DNA of 64,000 nt from Mobula hypostoma. Lineage: Eukaryota. Position 1 is the stretch's first letter. Every line of letters starts with the position of its first letter. This document shows, piece after piece, positions 26,383-39,204 of the stretch. The stretch lies in contig NC_086097.1 of NCBI RefSeq assembly GCF_963921235.1, positions 73,162,001-73,226,000 of the forward strand, in the 5' to 3' direction. The notes beneath the pieces are model-generated. The model was given only the letters and a program-made list of their open reading frames with translations. It was not told where the DNA came from and did no database searches. The position numbers and the translations under genes are program-made.

Positions 26383-27253
26383 TATGAAATGCCTCTACTT
26401 CTCTCCACACTGGTTCCACTATTTTTAGAGAAGTTGTGGAGCAGTTCACTTAACCTTGGAACTCCAGAGCCCTTGGTGGGTTGAGCTATGGTACTAGCGG
26501 AATAACTATCTTCTGAATGACATCAGTTATTAATTTCTTCCTTGTTACAAAAATGCAAAAAATCATACTCAGCAGGACACTTGGCATCTATGGAGAGAAG
26601 AGAAGAATTTGATCAGCTTCAAACATCCCATTTTCTTGCTGTGAATGTTCCTTGACCTACTGAGTAGTTCCAATACTTATGCATTGGAAGTGTACAAGGC
26701 ACAAAAGCAAAACCTTGATGTATCATTCAGTTGCAGTGAAGCCATTCATGGGTACCTCTGCACAATGTAGGACAAGGCAGTATTTGTACATGCAGGCAAT
26801 CCTTAATGGTGCATCTGGTGCTTCAGCAGCTTGGAGAGAAGGCTCATTTGTGCATCAGAGGTGCTGTGCAAACTATTTATGGAGATCAGTTTATCAGGAA
26901 TATAGGAATAAGTAATTATTGGCAGACTTGCTGGCATGCACTAAAATAAGTTTGGGTTGAACCAATTGAATTTAATGTTGTTTTGAATTATTTCCATAGT
27001 TGTTTACATGATAGGTGATTTGCTGGCTTGGCCAGGAATTAATGCCTGTCCCTGTCTGCCCTTGAGATAATGGTGAAGAACTGCAGCCTTGCCAACTGCT
27101 GTTGTCCTTCTGTTGAAGGTTTTCCTATGAGTTGTTCAGGACTTGGGCCCAGTGATCGTGAAGGGGTGTTGATTATACAGTATTTCCATAGCAACATATA
27201 CAAAGTCCTGGAGGAACTCGGCAGGTCTGGCAGCATCTATGGAAATGAATACA

Positions 27254-27291
27254 CAGTTGATGTTTCAGGCTGAGATCCTTCATCAGGACTG
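27254..27291 (-). ncRNA. Minimal hammerhead motif in a PLE tail fragment (~27190-27350)
   Basis: Minus strand CAGTC-CTGATGA-AGGATCTCAGCCT-GAAAC-ATC-AACTG; both core boxes intact, apparent CpG decay at the GTC site. Confidence 0.7.
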
Positions 27292-28106
27292 AGAAGGAAG
27301 GGGGAAGTTTCCAGAATTACAAAAAAAATAAAGGGAGGGGAAGGAGGCTAACTGGAAATATTCCTATGTCAGAATGATTTGTGATTTGGAGAGTTCACTG
27401 GTGGAGTTATCCCCATTTGCTAAAGTGTCCTCAAGTAACTGCAGTGCTTTTGTCCATGTTCTTTAAAACCATAGTGTGCTGTTCGGGATTGATTGTGTAG
27501 ATGATAGAAGAGGTGCCAATGAATAGAAAAATCTATCCTGAATGCAGTTGGCAATCTTGTGTTGATATATCCAGATAAATGGAGAACATCCCTCACTTGC
27601 AGTTTAGTGGATGGTGAAAGGATTTGAGGATGTGAGAAATGAGCTGCTGGTTATACAATGAATGGCCTACTGTTGATACCATAGTACTTATGTGGACGTT
27701 TCAATTATTTCTGGTCTTTGGGACCTCAGAATAATGACTGAGTGACTCGGGTCGTAGTGCTGTAAAATATTAAGATAGGTTGTTAAACTCCCTACTTGAA
27801 GATGAACACTGCTTTGTGTACCTGTGATTATACCAGTGTTTATGCTTTATTTTATCTTTGTCTTTCTCCATCCAAATCTATCATCTTAACCCAAATTCCC
27901 TCCATCTTCATGCTTCTCCTGCTCCCCCAAAAATATTTTTTTTGCATCATCCTGTCCTAATGCATTAAGGTCCACATTCTTACTGCTCCAAGTAACATCA
28001 TTGATTACATTTGTGATCTCTGTTTTTGCTCTTTTCCACATATGAAAATAATCTTGGTGTGTCCAATCCTTTCATATTCAAAACCTCTCACAAGTTTGTT
28101 CTTCAG

Positions 28107-28250
28107 TTGCCAAGTCACTGTGGTGTGTTGGCTTCACTTTGCAGAGTTGTGGATGGACTTGAACATTGCTCGACCATCAGTGGATATCCCACATTCCAAA
28201 TCAGTGTCCCAATCAAATACGAAACCTCTTGAGACTATCATTTCCTTTCT
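28107..28250 (+). CDS. Candidate host exon (alternative acceptor at 28145), ...ELWMDLNIARPSVDIPHSKSVSQSNTKPLETIISF
   Basis: Pyrimidine-rich CAG acceptor; GTGAGT donor; open frame ending in phase 2; no recognised repeat here. Confidence 0.35.
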
Positions 28251-30116
28251 GTGAGTGTAGTAGCCTCGCTGAATTTTACATTTTCAATGCACAAGTCATT
28301 ATTTGGTGTTTGAATCTTTCCTCAAGCAGCAGTGGTGAATGTATCATGTGGTGTAAGGATTTGCTCATTATTTTTTATAGGTGCCTCAACAATAGTATCT
28401 TTTGTTAAATCACCAGTGCGCAGAAATTAAAAACAGTAAGGTGCAATTTCAAAAGAAACACCAAGACAAAGCTTACTGATTTATTTAATACTACGAAATG
28501 TCATTTGCTTTGTTTAATTCAAGGATCATGTTTTAAAAAAAATAATATATGCTGAAGTAGGCTTGCATTGTGGCCATTAAATTTCCACATTAAAAGTGAA
28601 TAGAATGCCATCTGTTATAAACATTATGACAAGGAAGTGTTCATTTTAGCAAACAATGAATTTACAGAATTCTTGGAAGCAGCATTACTGAATTTTGAAT
28701 ACAATTTATGCAGCTATGTTGGGATAATTATATTTAATATTTATTACTCAATTTTTCATTAATCTCGTTTGTATTGATTTGGTTAGTGATACCTGTTGGT
28801 AACTTCACTATTTTCATTTTAATGCTTGCTTAATTCTGAATTCTCAAATTTAAAATATGCATATTAATTACAGTACGTGAGCTGGGGAACAGCAGATTCA
28901 TCCTGTCCGCCCCCACCTTGCATTTCAGTCGGTGTCATGACCCTATCTGCAGGAAACATGACCATCAGGAGCACTCTGCCGGGGCTGTGGCCAGCAGCTG
29001 ATTGGATGCAGACACTGTAGCAAATAGATTGGGACTGAATCAGTGATGATTCCTCGTGGAGTTATTAAAGAATAGAAAGAGAATTCCTTTTTCCTGACTT
29101 TAAATTCCATATAACCTCCGTACTATGTACTTGTGTCCAGGTTATACATAACCACTACAATAAATTGTAGTGAAAATAAATCTGGATCACTCATTATTGA
29201 CCTACAGAAGATTCAGACATGACAGGAAGATAACATCTGGATGTACCACATCTGAGAGCTAGCTCATTGTCTGCTTTGTGTGTGGTTACAAGTAGGCCTG
29301 ATCTTGATGTAGACAATTCCCAAACTTTGAAACGTGTCATCTGTTTGCAACCACATTTCACAGGGCATCATTCTATCTACAATAGACAAATGTAAAGAAG
29401 TTTTGAAACGTACTGGAATCTAGGCTCAGTTAATAGTCACGGTGAAACATATTTATCTCCATCTGTTTGCTTTGGTATTCTTATTTAAAATGTATCACTT
29501 TAAGCATTTCTAGAGGAGTTGTTCTATAAAATCTCAATTTCCAAGCATATTTAGGGTTAACAAGGAAACCTATGAATTTGGAATGATTTAAAACACGGTG
29601 AAATCAAAGGCTGTAGATAGACCACTCTTGTATTACATCAGGAGTATAAAACCACACATAGCACCTTCAACCGAGGTGCCCTTCAGGCATGGCAATGGCT
29701 CATCAATCGTAGAATTTATCTACCTAGAGCACCTAAGTGAACATGTGATTTTCTTGCCATTCCAATAGAGAGATGTGCATGTGTCTCACAACTCATGGTT
29801 AATATCAAATTCTAAGTTTACAGCAGTGTAATGATTTTCAGGGATGGTTTGACAAATGATTAAAATGAATATAATTTGACTAAACCTTTGGCCACAGATC
29901 CTGGTAAATTTTATGATGTTTGTTTTGTATTAGGTCTTGTTGGGTAAATCCTTGAAAAATTTTGGATGTATGTCTACATGTCGAACTGTTTAATATATAA
30001 AATTGCAACCATAGAAAAGCAGCAGCACCTGCCCAGGATGATCATTTGACCCCTTGTGCCTATTCCATGAACTCACTACATTCTTCTCAACTTTACTTTA
30101 AACTTATTTTGATGTA

Positions 30117-30602
30117 CACTCAGTGGCCACTTTATTAGGTAAAGGAATGAATCTTTTGCAGTTGTAGCCCATCCACTTCAAGGTTTGACGTGTTTTAAAT
30201 TCAGAGATGCTCTTCTGCATGACACTGTTGTAACATATGGTTATTTGAGTTTCCGTTGCCTTCTTGTCAGCTTGAGCCAGTCTGGCCATTCTCCTCTGAC
30301 CTCTCTTATTGACAAGGTATTTTTTTCCAAAGAACTACCACGTTTTTTTTTCTGCACCATTCTGTGTAAGCTCTAGAGACTACTGTGCATGAAAATTTTA
30401 GGAGATCAGCAGTTTCTAAGATACTTAAACCATCCCATCTGACACCAATAATAATTCCACGGTCAAACTCTCTTCGATGACATTTCTTTCCCACTCTGAT
30501 GCTTGGTTAGAGCAGCTAAACCTCCTGAACATGTCTGCAGGCTTTTATTATTGTATTGCTGTCAGTACGATTAGATATTTGCATTAATAAGCAGGTGTAC
30601 CT
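30117..30602 (-). mobile_element. Tc1-like transposon deletion derivative
   Basis: TA-CACTCAGTGGCCACTTTATTAGGTA terminus; HTH MGKK...EFDRGIIIG...LSILETADLL...VSR; other end truncated by CR1. Confidence 0.85.
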
Positions 30603-30609
30603 TGTGAAA

Positions 30610-32005
30610 TTGATTCTGCTCTGCCATTCCATCATGGTTTCTTTATTATCTTTCTCAACCCCATTCTCCTGCCTTCTGCCTGCGACATTTGATGCTCTTA
30701 CTAAACAAGAACCTTTCAAACACTGCTTTGAATACACAATGCCTTGGCCTCCACAGCCATCTGTGGCAATGAATTCCACAGATTCAGCACCCTCTGGCTA
30801 AAGAAATTCCTCCTCATCTCTGTTCTAAAGGGACACGCTTCTATTCTGAGGCTGTGCCCCCTCTGGTCGAAGACTTATTCATCTTGTCCATTATAGGATA
30901 CATCTCCACTTACACTCCATAGAATGAGGACCCCCACCACCATTTTTCTAAACTCCAGTGAGTACAGGCCCAGATATATCAAATGCTCCTTGTACATTAA
31001 TCCTTTCATTCCCAGGATCATTCTTGTAAACCTCTGGACCCTCTCCAATGTCAGTACATCCTTTGTGGGCCTAAAACTGCCCACACTACTCCAGGAGCAG
31101 TCTGACCACTTCCTTATAATGGCTCAGAATTGCATTTTTGCTTTTATATTTGAATCCTCTCAAAATAAATGCCAATATTACACTTGCCTTCCTTATTACT
31201 GACTCAACCCGCAAATTAATCTTTAGGAATCCTGCATGAGAACTCCCAAGTCCCTTTGCACCTCTGATTTCTGAACTTTCTCCCCTTTTAGAAAATAATC
31301 TGTCTTTATTCCTTCTACCAAGTGCATGGCCATACACCTCCCTAGACTATGTTCCATCTGCCATTTTTCCTGTTCTCCAAATCTAGGCCCTTCTCAGTCG
31401 CCCTGCTTCCTCAACACTACCTACTTCTCCAACTATCTCAGCATCATCCACAGACATGGCCACAACACCTTCAATTCTGTCATCCAAATCACTGACATAT
31501 AACATGAAAAGAAGCTGCCCTAAAACTGACTGTTGCGGAACATTACTAGTCATCAGTAGCCAATTTTTTAAAAAGGCCCCCTTTATTCCTGCTCTGTCTC
31601 CTGCCAGTGAGCCAATCTTCCTGCCTCTGGTCCTTTTCAGCTTCCCAAGCACCTTCTCCTTGGTAATAGCAGCTACACTCATTTCTGCTGCTGGACACTC
31701 TCCGATTCCTGGCATACTGTTTGTGTCTTCCACAGTGAAGATGGACAGAAAATACTTATTAAGTTGGTCTGCCATTTCTTTGTCCCCCATTCCTACTTCT
31801 CCAGTGTAATTTTCCAGCAGTCTGATTTCTATTCTTGTCTTTCTTTTATTCTTTATATATCTGAAAAAACTTTTGGTTATCCTTTTTTATATTGTTGGCT
31901 AGATTACCTTCATAATTTTTTCTCTCCTTGTTGCGTTTTCAGTTGTCTTGTGTTGCTTCTTAAAAGCTTCCCAGTGCTCCAGCTTCTCACTAATTTTTGC
32001 TATTT
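30610..32005 (-). mobile_element. Decayed, internally deleted CR1
   Basis: MGDKEMADQLNKYF; VPQQSVLGQLLF; LERVQRFTRMI. Confidence 0.85.
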
Positions 32006-32265
32006 GTGACAACTGTTTAGAAAGCTCAGCCAGGGAAAGTATCAATGCTGCCTCAGTTCCACTGCAACAGGTCTACAGCATACATATTCTTACTGGCTCT
32101 CTATTCCAGAGCATCTGGACTACTGCAAAGCATACGTCAGTCTTCTATTTATCGATTATAGCTCAGTGTTCAAGACTATAATCCCTTCAGTACTCATCAC
32201 CAAGCCTCAAATTTTTATGTCATTGAAGACCATTAAGGATTTCTATGGCTGAATGGTGAAGAGCA

Positions 32266-32463
32266 GCCAGCTGGTGGTGTAGTGGCATCAGCGCCGGACT
32301 TCGGAGCGAAGGCTCCAGAGTTCAAATCCAGCTGGCCCCCTTGCACGCTTTACATCTGTGCTGGGTTGAGCACCGTGCTAGCAACTCAAGCTAGCTTAAA
32401 AAAAAAACCGTCATGACGGCATCTCAATAACTCCACTCGGAGTTAAAGGCTTTTCTTCTTCTG
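32266..32463 (+). mobile_element. tRNA-derived SINE
   Basis: A box TGGTGTAGTGG; B box GAGTTCAAATCC; (TTC) tail; TSD TGGTG(A/G)AGAGCA. Confidence 0.8.
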
Positions 32464-33361
32464 TGGTGGAGAGCACTCAGAATGGTTTCTAACTCAATTG
32501 TACAGGAATACAAGAGGCTCTACAGGACAGCTTCATCATGGGCACAATCCTCACTGCTATCAAGGACACTTTCAGGAAGCTGTATCTCTAGAAGGCAGCA
32601 TCCATCACTAAGGACCTTAACCATCTGGGAGCTTAGAACATTAGAAAGTTTTTGACAAGATCAGGCCATTTGGCCCAACAAAGCTTGCCAAGTTCCTACT
32701 TACATAGTGTGTTGAAATAACTTGCCCTCTTCTTGTTACTACTAAAGACTCACAGTCAGTGATTCAGAAACCACTTCTCTATTGCCATCAGATTTCTGAA
32801 TGGTTGTAAACCCACAAACACTACCTTGCTATTCCTTTCTTGTACTATTTTTTAGTTTTTGTAATTTATGGTAATTTTGTCCTTGCACTGTACACCTGCC
32901 GCAAAACAGAACAAATTTCAGGTCATGAGTTTGTGATAATAAATCTGGTTCTGATTTTATTTGTCAACTTCAGAATTTTGGACATTCCAATGAAATTGCA
33001 TTTTATTTTTCTGAATGCAAGAGAATTTTGGGCACCATCTGTTCAATCTCTTTTGCATGACAAACCTGCCAGTCTGGGGATCAATCTAATGATGCACTTC
33101 CTCTATCACAACTGTGTCTTTACTTAGACATGTAGGCCAAGCCTGTACATAATATGCTCACCAGAGCACTCCACTCCTCTTGGAATAACGGCAATGTACT
33201 TGATTTATTAATTAACATGCTGATTAAACATGCAGCCTTGTTCATTAGTGGAAAAGTACACTCAGGACACTGATCTCCAACACTTTCCAGTCTCTTGTCC
33301 TTTGTAAAGCATTTCGAATTTTTCATTTGTGTATTTTTTTTCTTTTTCTTGCAATTTGCAG

Positions 33362-33461
33362 TCTATTTGCTTACCTTCATTACTTGAATAATGCAGATGT
33401 GCTCAGTGGATTGAGGTCCTTGCAAACCATGATGCTTTTCATGAGCATCACTCTTTGCAAG
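33362..33461 (+). CDS. Candidate host exon, LFAYLHYLNNADVLSGLRSLQTMMLFMSITLCK
   Basis: Long poly-pyrimidine tract plus CAG; AAG|GTAAAT donor; single open frame, phase 2 to 0. Confidence 0.45.
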
Positions 33462-34489
33462 GTAAATCAAGGTGAAAAACTTTGTGGTTTTAAGCACAGG
33501 GCTCAGCAATGCTTCTACAGGACAATTGGATTGACAAGCTGGTAGAGATTCTAGCCTGCAAAGGATTGGGTACATAAAGAGTGACAAAACTTTTCCTCCC
33601 TGGTGTCTGCTTTGTTCCATTTAGAAGTTATTCTTCCCAGTTGAACAAGAGCATGTCTGATTTGCTGATGATGTAGTGTAGTTTCATCATAAATCCAGGA
33701 GTAAAGCAAATTGCCTTGAACGAAATAATGAGTTTTCAATTTGTCACAGTTAATGAGATGTATGTTGTTCAGCAGTTGTGCATCTTGGATTCTTGCTGAC
33801 TTGTCACTCAGCAGCAGATGATGAAGAATGCTTAACTGGACTCCGCATAATACGACAGATTATGTGTGGTGCAAAGTGTCATGTGGGGATAATCAATTTG
33901 GATTCCCTGTGAATTCCTCAAACAGCTTACCTTAAATATTTGATATAGTTGCATCTTTTTAGCTTTCTTGAAAATGTAGATTGAGAGCCTTCTTGAGAAG
34001 TATGGAGAATATTGTTAACAGGATTTCAATTGTGAAGGTCACTTTCAAGGTCCTTATTGTAACCTGCTGAAATAAACATGTGCTTGTAAGTGATGATGTA
34101 ATCTCCTGTTCGCGTCTTAATCTTGTACAAGTCTTTTGGCTGCAAAGTTTGTTTGTATACATCTGGTTTTAGGAACTATTATGCTTTGATTTACAAAATT
34201 CATGTTCCAATAAAACCATTTCAATCCACTTGTATATAAACAACTGATCAGGAAAGTGGATTTTTCTCATTCTTTACTTTCTGCCTCCAATGTTTCTCCC
34301 CATAAATCTTGTCAAGAGAGTGGAATGAAGAAGAAAACACATAAAAATACATTAAATTGAAACAATCCGGTTGATTCCCCTGGCTAGAGATCACTGCACA
34401 AGTGGGTTGTTGCATGTGGCATTCTTGAACCAGAGGGAGCAGCTTCTTTGTTTTAATGTAATGAAATGTATCAAAGTATCAAAGTATCA

Positions 34490-35226
34490 ATGGATATCTA
34501 AATCAGCAATCGCCTCTGATCTGGGCCGACAATTACATGCCAGGCGGCACCTAATTAATTAGCATGTTTATTCGGGCTTTTTTCTTAAAGATGTGCTGTG
34601 TGCCTCCTGGCTACCGCTGCACTGCTGCATGCTTCGCAGATCGGTATCGGGTCGCTGCCCGGAGGGTGGGGGCCACTGCATCACCCAAACTCCGGCAACT
34701 CAGTCTAACACACCATCATCAGTGTGCTCGGCAAGCTGTCTTCCCAATTCCCTTAAGTGATACTACACTGTACATACATTATTTCTACTTTATATCGGCT
34801 GTGTATTTTTATGTGTTATTTGGTATGATTTGGCAGCTTCATAGCTTAAGGGTTACTGGAGAGAGTGTTTCTGCCAACAGTGCTTGCGTGAGATTTTCTG
34901 CTGAGAGCTCTTGCACCGTGTTTTTGCCAACGGCGCTTGCATGAGATTTTCGGTACGAACAACAGTGTAGGCAATGGTTGTGGAAAAGTATTTCTACTTT
35001 ATATAGGCTGTGTATTTATCATATCATTCCTGCTTTTACTATATGTTACTGTTATTTTAGGTTTTGTATGTTATTTGGCATGATTTAGTAGGTTACTTCT
35101 GGGTCTGCGAACGCTCACAAAATTTTCCCATCTAAATAAATGGTAATTGCTTCTTCGCTTTACGACATTCCAGCTTACAAACTGTTTCATAGGAACGCTC
35201 TACCTTCGGATGGCGGGGGAAACCTG
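34490..35226. mobile_element. Tigger-like DNA transposon remnant (one terminus)
   Basis: Ends CGGGGGAAACCTG-TA; CpG-richer body with internal duplications; left TIR not found. Confidence 0.55.
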
Positions 35227-36113
35227 TACAACATCTAGCTGGCTTTAAGGTGGTCTTCGTTTTGTGTAAGCATTTTATCCTTGGCATCTGGTGTCAAAAT
35301 TAATGTGTTCCTCTCAGTGGTGTCATGTGAGATTTGCAGAATATAACTTGTTACATCAGAAGAAGGAAGATTCTGGTTAGACTATTGCCAAGATTTGGAT
35401 CAACCATAAGCTGCAAATTGTAATGACTTAGCACACCTATGGTAGTGAAATGAAAATTTTTGCACATTTGTTATCAATTAAAATGTTAGTGTAGTTGCCC
35501 ACAGCCTGGGTCAGGGAATAACCTGGCCAAAGTTGCAGAGGGAATTTCTGAGGTCCATTGCATGGTAAGCAAGGTTGGTGGTGAAGCCATCAAATTTAAA
35601 GCTGTGAAAGAAGCCAGAATTAGAGGAATGCAGAAATCTTGAATAATTTTGAAGTCTAGGGGGAAAACCCATGAGAAATTAGCAAACAGGAGTTATAAAT
35701 TGTTATCTTGAATGACTGGAGGTCAAGGATGCTGATTGAACGGTACTTCTGAGTGTTGAGCCATTCAAATGTTTGCTGTAGTTCAAAAACTTGCAGCAGA
35801 TTTTTAACTATCCAGACCTAACAGAGGGTAGGATAGAAAATGACTGGTTGGGTGTGTGTAGGAATAGTCAAGTCTACAAGAAATGAGAATGTAGTACTGG
35901 ATGAACATGGGGTGAAAGTAGCCTTACGTTGTCTGTTGCTCTGTGTTCTGAGCCTTTTCCTGATGTCAGGTTTGACATCCAGGTTTCAAAATATCAGATT
36001 TGGGAGAGTTGAGTTTTATGGCAGAGTTCCTGGAAAACGGCATAGTTCTTCCGAGTACAATTTCTACCAATCAGTTCTAGATTTTGTTCACTGAATCCAT
36101 GGAGGATTTAACT

Positions 36114-36236
36114 TAAATGGTGAGTTACAAGAAGATGTTGGCAGCCAATGTGTGTAAATGGTGAGTTACAGGAAGATATTGGCAGCCAATGTGTGTAAAT
36201 GGTGAGTTACAGGAGGATGTTGGCAGCCAGTGGTGT
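36114..36236. repeat. 41-bp tandem repeat x3
   Basis: TAAATGGTGAGTTACA(A/G)GAAGATGTTGGCAGCCAATGTGTG. Confidence 0.95.
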
Positions 36237-36664
36237 TTATGGATGTTGTCAATGAAGGAACATCATGCTGGTGAGATTTAGGGCCTATGGATAGATCTTT
36301 GAAGGGGCTCACCAATGGTGATGCTGGGCATGACATCTCAAAGGATGCTGTATAAATTCCCCTCCCTCAATAATTAGGTAACTTTGATTTGAACCAAATT
36401 TGTTGAACTTTGTTACAAATATGAAGTGATTCCAACAGTCTGTCTCTGTAAACTGTTTGACCAAATGCAGCCAATTTGCCAAGTTATTAGGCTATATTTG
36501 AGTGAAGGTCACTTGCCTGGGTTTGCTTATTTAAGCTTCTGTTAACAGCCCACACAAGTGAAAATGGAGCTGAACAGATATTCTGAATAGATATTTTCAT
36601 ATGAAGACAACTTGCCTAAGTGATTAGCACTTCAAATCTTAAATATTCACAGAGAATAGTCACT

Positions 36665-38990
36665 TGGTATTAAGGATGAGGTAGTAAATTGGATTAGACG
36701 TTGGCTTTGCGGGAGAAACCTGAGTGGTAGTAGGTGGTTGCCTCTCTGACTGGAGGCCTGTGACTAGTGTTGTGCCGCAGGGATCACTGTTGGGTCCATT
36801 GTTTGTCATCTACATCAACGATCTTAATAATAATGTGGTAAACCAGATCAGCAAATTTCCACATGACACCAAGATTGGGGGTGGTGCAGTGGACAGTGAC
36901 GAAGGCTATCAAAGCTTGTAGTGGGACTTGGACCAGTTGGAAAAATGGGTTGAAAAATGGCAGATGAAATTTAATGCAGCCGAATGTGAGGTATTGCACT
37001 TTGGGAGGACAAACCAGGGTATTACTTGTACGGTGATTGGTAGGATACTGAGGAGTGTGGTAGAGCAGAGGGATTTGGGAGTATCTTGAAAGTGGTGTTG
37101 CAGGTAGATAGGGTTGTAAAGAGAGCTTGTGGCACGTTGACCTTCATAAATCAAAGTATTGAGTACAGAAGCTGGGATGCTATGTTGAACTTGTTGAAGA
37201 CATTGGTGAGGCCTAATTTCAAAGTTCAAGTGCAAAGTACAGTTATTATTGAAGTATGTATAGATTATACAACCTTTGATTCATCTCCTAAACTGCAGCT
37301 ACAAAACAAAGAAATACAAAAGAATACACTTATTTAAAAAAAAGGCTGTCAAACACACTATGTGCAGAGAAAAAAAATCATGCAAGCCAAAAGTGTTCTG
37401 AAGTCTACAAAGAGAGTCTGTCCACAGACTGTTAAGGCTGATTTATATTTCTGTGTCAATTTGACACGTAGGTATGGTATCGCCACAAACCCTACACAGT
37501 GCCTACACAGATCCCTACGCTGTAGCCTGACATGCGCACCTCCCAAAATGTATCTACACATCGTAGCAACGCAGACCGCAACAACTGTGATTGGTCCGCC
37601 TGGTAGCGTCACATTCCCTCCTATGCTGCAGTAGCTTCCTGTTGGTCAACTGAAGGACAGGGAAGGAACTCTGGCTGCAATGCTTTCCATAAAGCTTTAC
37701 AGACCTACGAAATTATGGAGGACGCATTTTGCTTTTACGAAAAGAGATGCTCGCTTTAAACTTGTTTACCCCGAGAAAGACTACCATGACCATGAAGCCT
37801 TGCATGGGCATGTGTGTGCGCATGCACGACGTGCCCGAATTGCAGAGCGACGCAGACACACCAACGCACAAGTATAAATGCTCACAACACGCGTCAGCCA
37901 CTTGCGTAGATTACGGCGTCGAGTTGACGCACAAGTATAAATCAGCCTTTAGTTCAATGCAGAACCGAGTAAACCTTGCAGAGCAGCGAGCTGAACTGGT
38001 CCGTCCCTTGTCTCGGGCCCAACACCCTAAGCTTTTTCGTTTGTCCAAACATCTGGTTCAGTCAGTTCGATATGTTCTGGGGTCTGGACTCCGCTCCCTC
38101 CAGTCAGCCAGTACTTGACCTTTCCATTTCAGTCCAGCGCTTAAATCATCATCCAAACATCAGGTTCAGTTGCTTTGGTACACTCTGGGGCTTGGACCCT
38201 GCCACCTCCATTTGGCCTGAACCTGACCTTTCCAGTTCAGCCCGGCACTTAAATCGATCGAACCCCGGGTCTTACTCACTCTTGGCAACAGGCTTGCTGC
38301 CTCGCCTCATCCTGGTTCTGCAGCATTGAACAGCCTCCAATTCCAAAGGGAACTTGCAAGCTTTGATTGCTAACCAGAAAAGAGTGATTAACAGAGCATT
38401 TAGTGTTCCTTTGTTCCATTGGCCAGCAACCAGAAGTGACTGAGATTTATCAGCGCCATCTTAAACCTGAAAATTTGGAGTATGGTCACCTACCTATAGG
38501 AAAGGCATCAAGAGGATCGAAAGAGTGCAAAGAAAATTTACAAGAATGTTGCCAGGACTTGAGGACCTGAGTTATATGGAAAGGTTTGGACTTTATTCCC
38601 TAGGTTGTGGGATGATGAGGGAAGGTTTGATAGAGGTATAATAAATTGAGGGGTATAGACGAGTAAATGCAAGCACGCTTTTTCCCCTGAGGTTTGATGA
38701 GACTAGAACTAGAGGTCATAGCTTAAGGGTGAAAGGTGAAATGTTTAAGGGGGACATGAGGGGGAACTTCACTCAGTGGGTAGTGAGAGTGTGGTACAAG
38801 CTGCCAGTGCAAGTAGTGGATTTGGGTTCGATTTCAACATTTAAAGAGAAATTCGGATAGGTACATGGATGGGAGGGTATGGAGGTCTATGGTCCAGGTG
38901 CAGGTTGATGGGATTAGGTAGATTAATATTTCGGCATGGACTAGATGGTCTGAATGGCCTGTTTTTGTGCTGTAGTGTTCTATGACTATT
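36665..38990 (+). mobile_element. CR1 3' part split at 37219/38470 by a minus-strand non-coding insert
   Basis: VPQGSLLGP, LVRPN | LEY resumes at 38475; the insert starts AAGATGGCG (minus) and has a TTCAAG-type tail. Confidence 0.8.
37435..37948. mobile_element. PIF/Harbinger MITE
   Basis: ~25-bp TIR AGGCTGATTTATA(T/C)TT(C/G)TG(T/C)GTCAA; TTA TSD. Confidence 0.88.
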
Positions 38991-39204
38991 CTAATACAAA
39001 TGGACATGTAGAAGTTTTGTTTCTGCAGCCACTGGTAGGTGTGTAAATGCCATTTGGTGAAGATTCTTGCAAGCACAAGAAGTGAGGGACTTTATTAGTG
39101 AGGGCAGGGGAAATTGAATAGTGGACAGTTTAAGAGATCATTGATGCAGGCGGCAGAAGTGAACAGATAGGAAGATCCAAAGAAAGCAGGTTTGTTCAAT
39201 ACAG

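Noticed and set aside
32266..32340. tRNA gene
   Set aside because: A and B boxes are present, but there is no convincing cloverleaf; body, tail and TSD indicate a SINE. The head at 45760-45830 is likewise a SINE.
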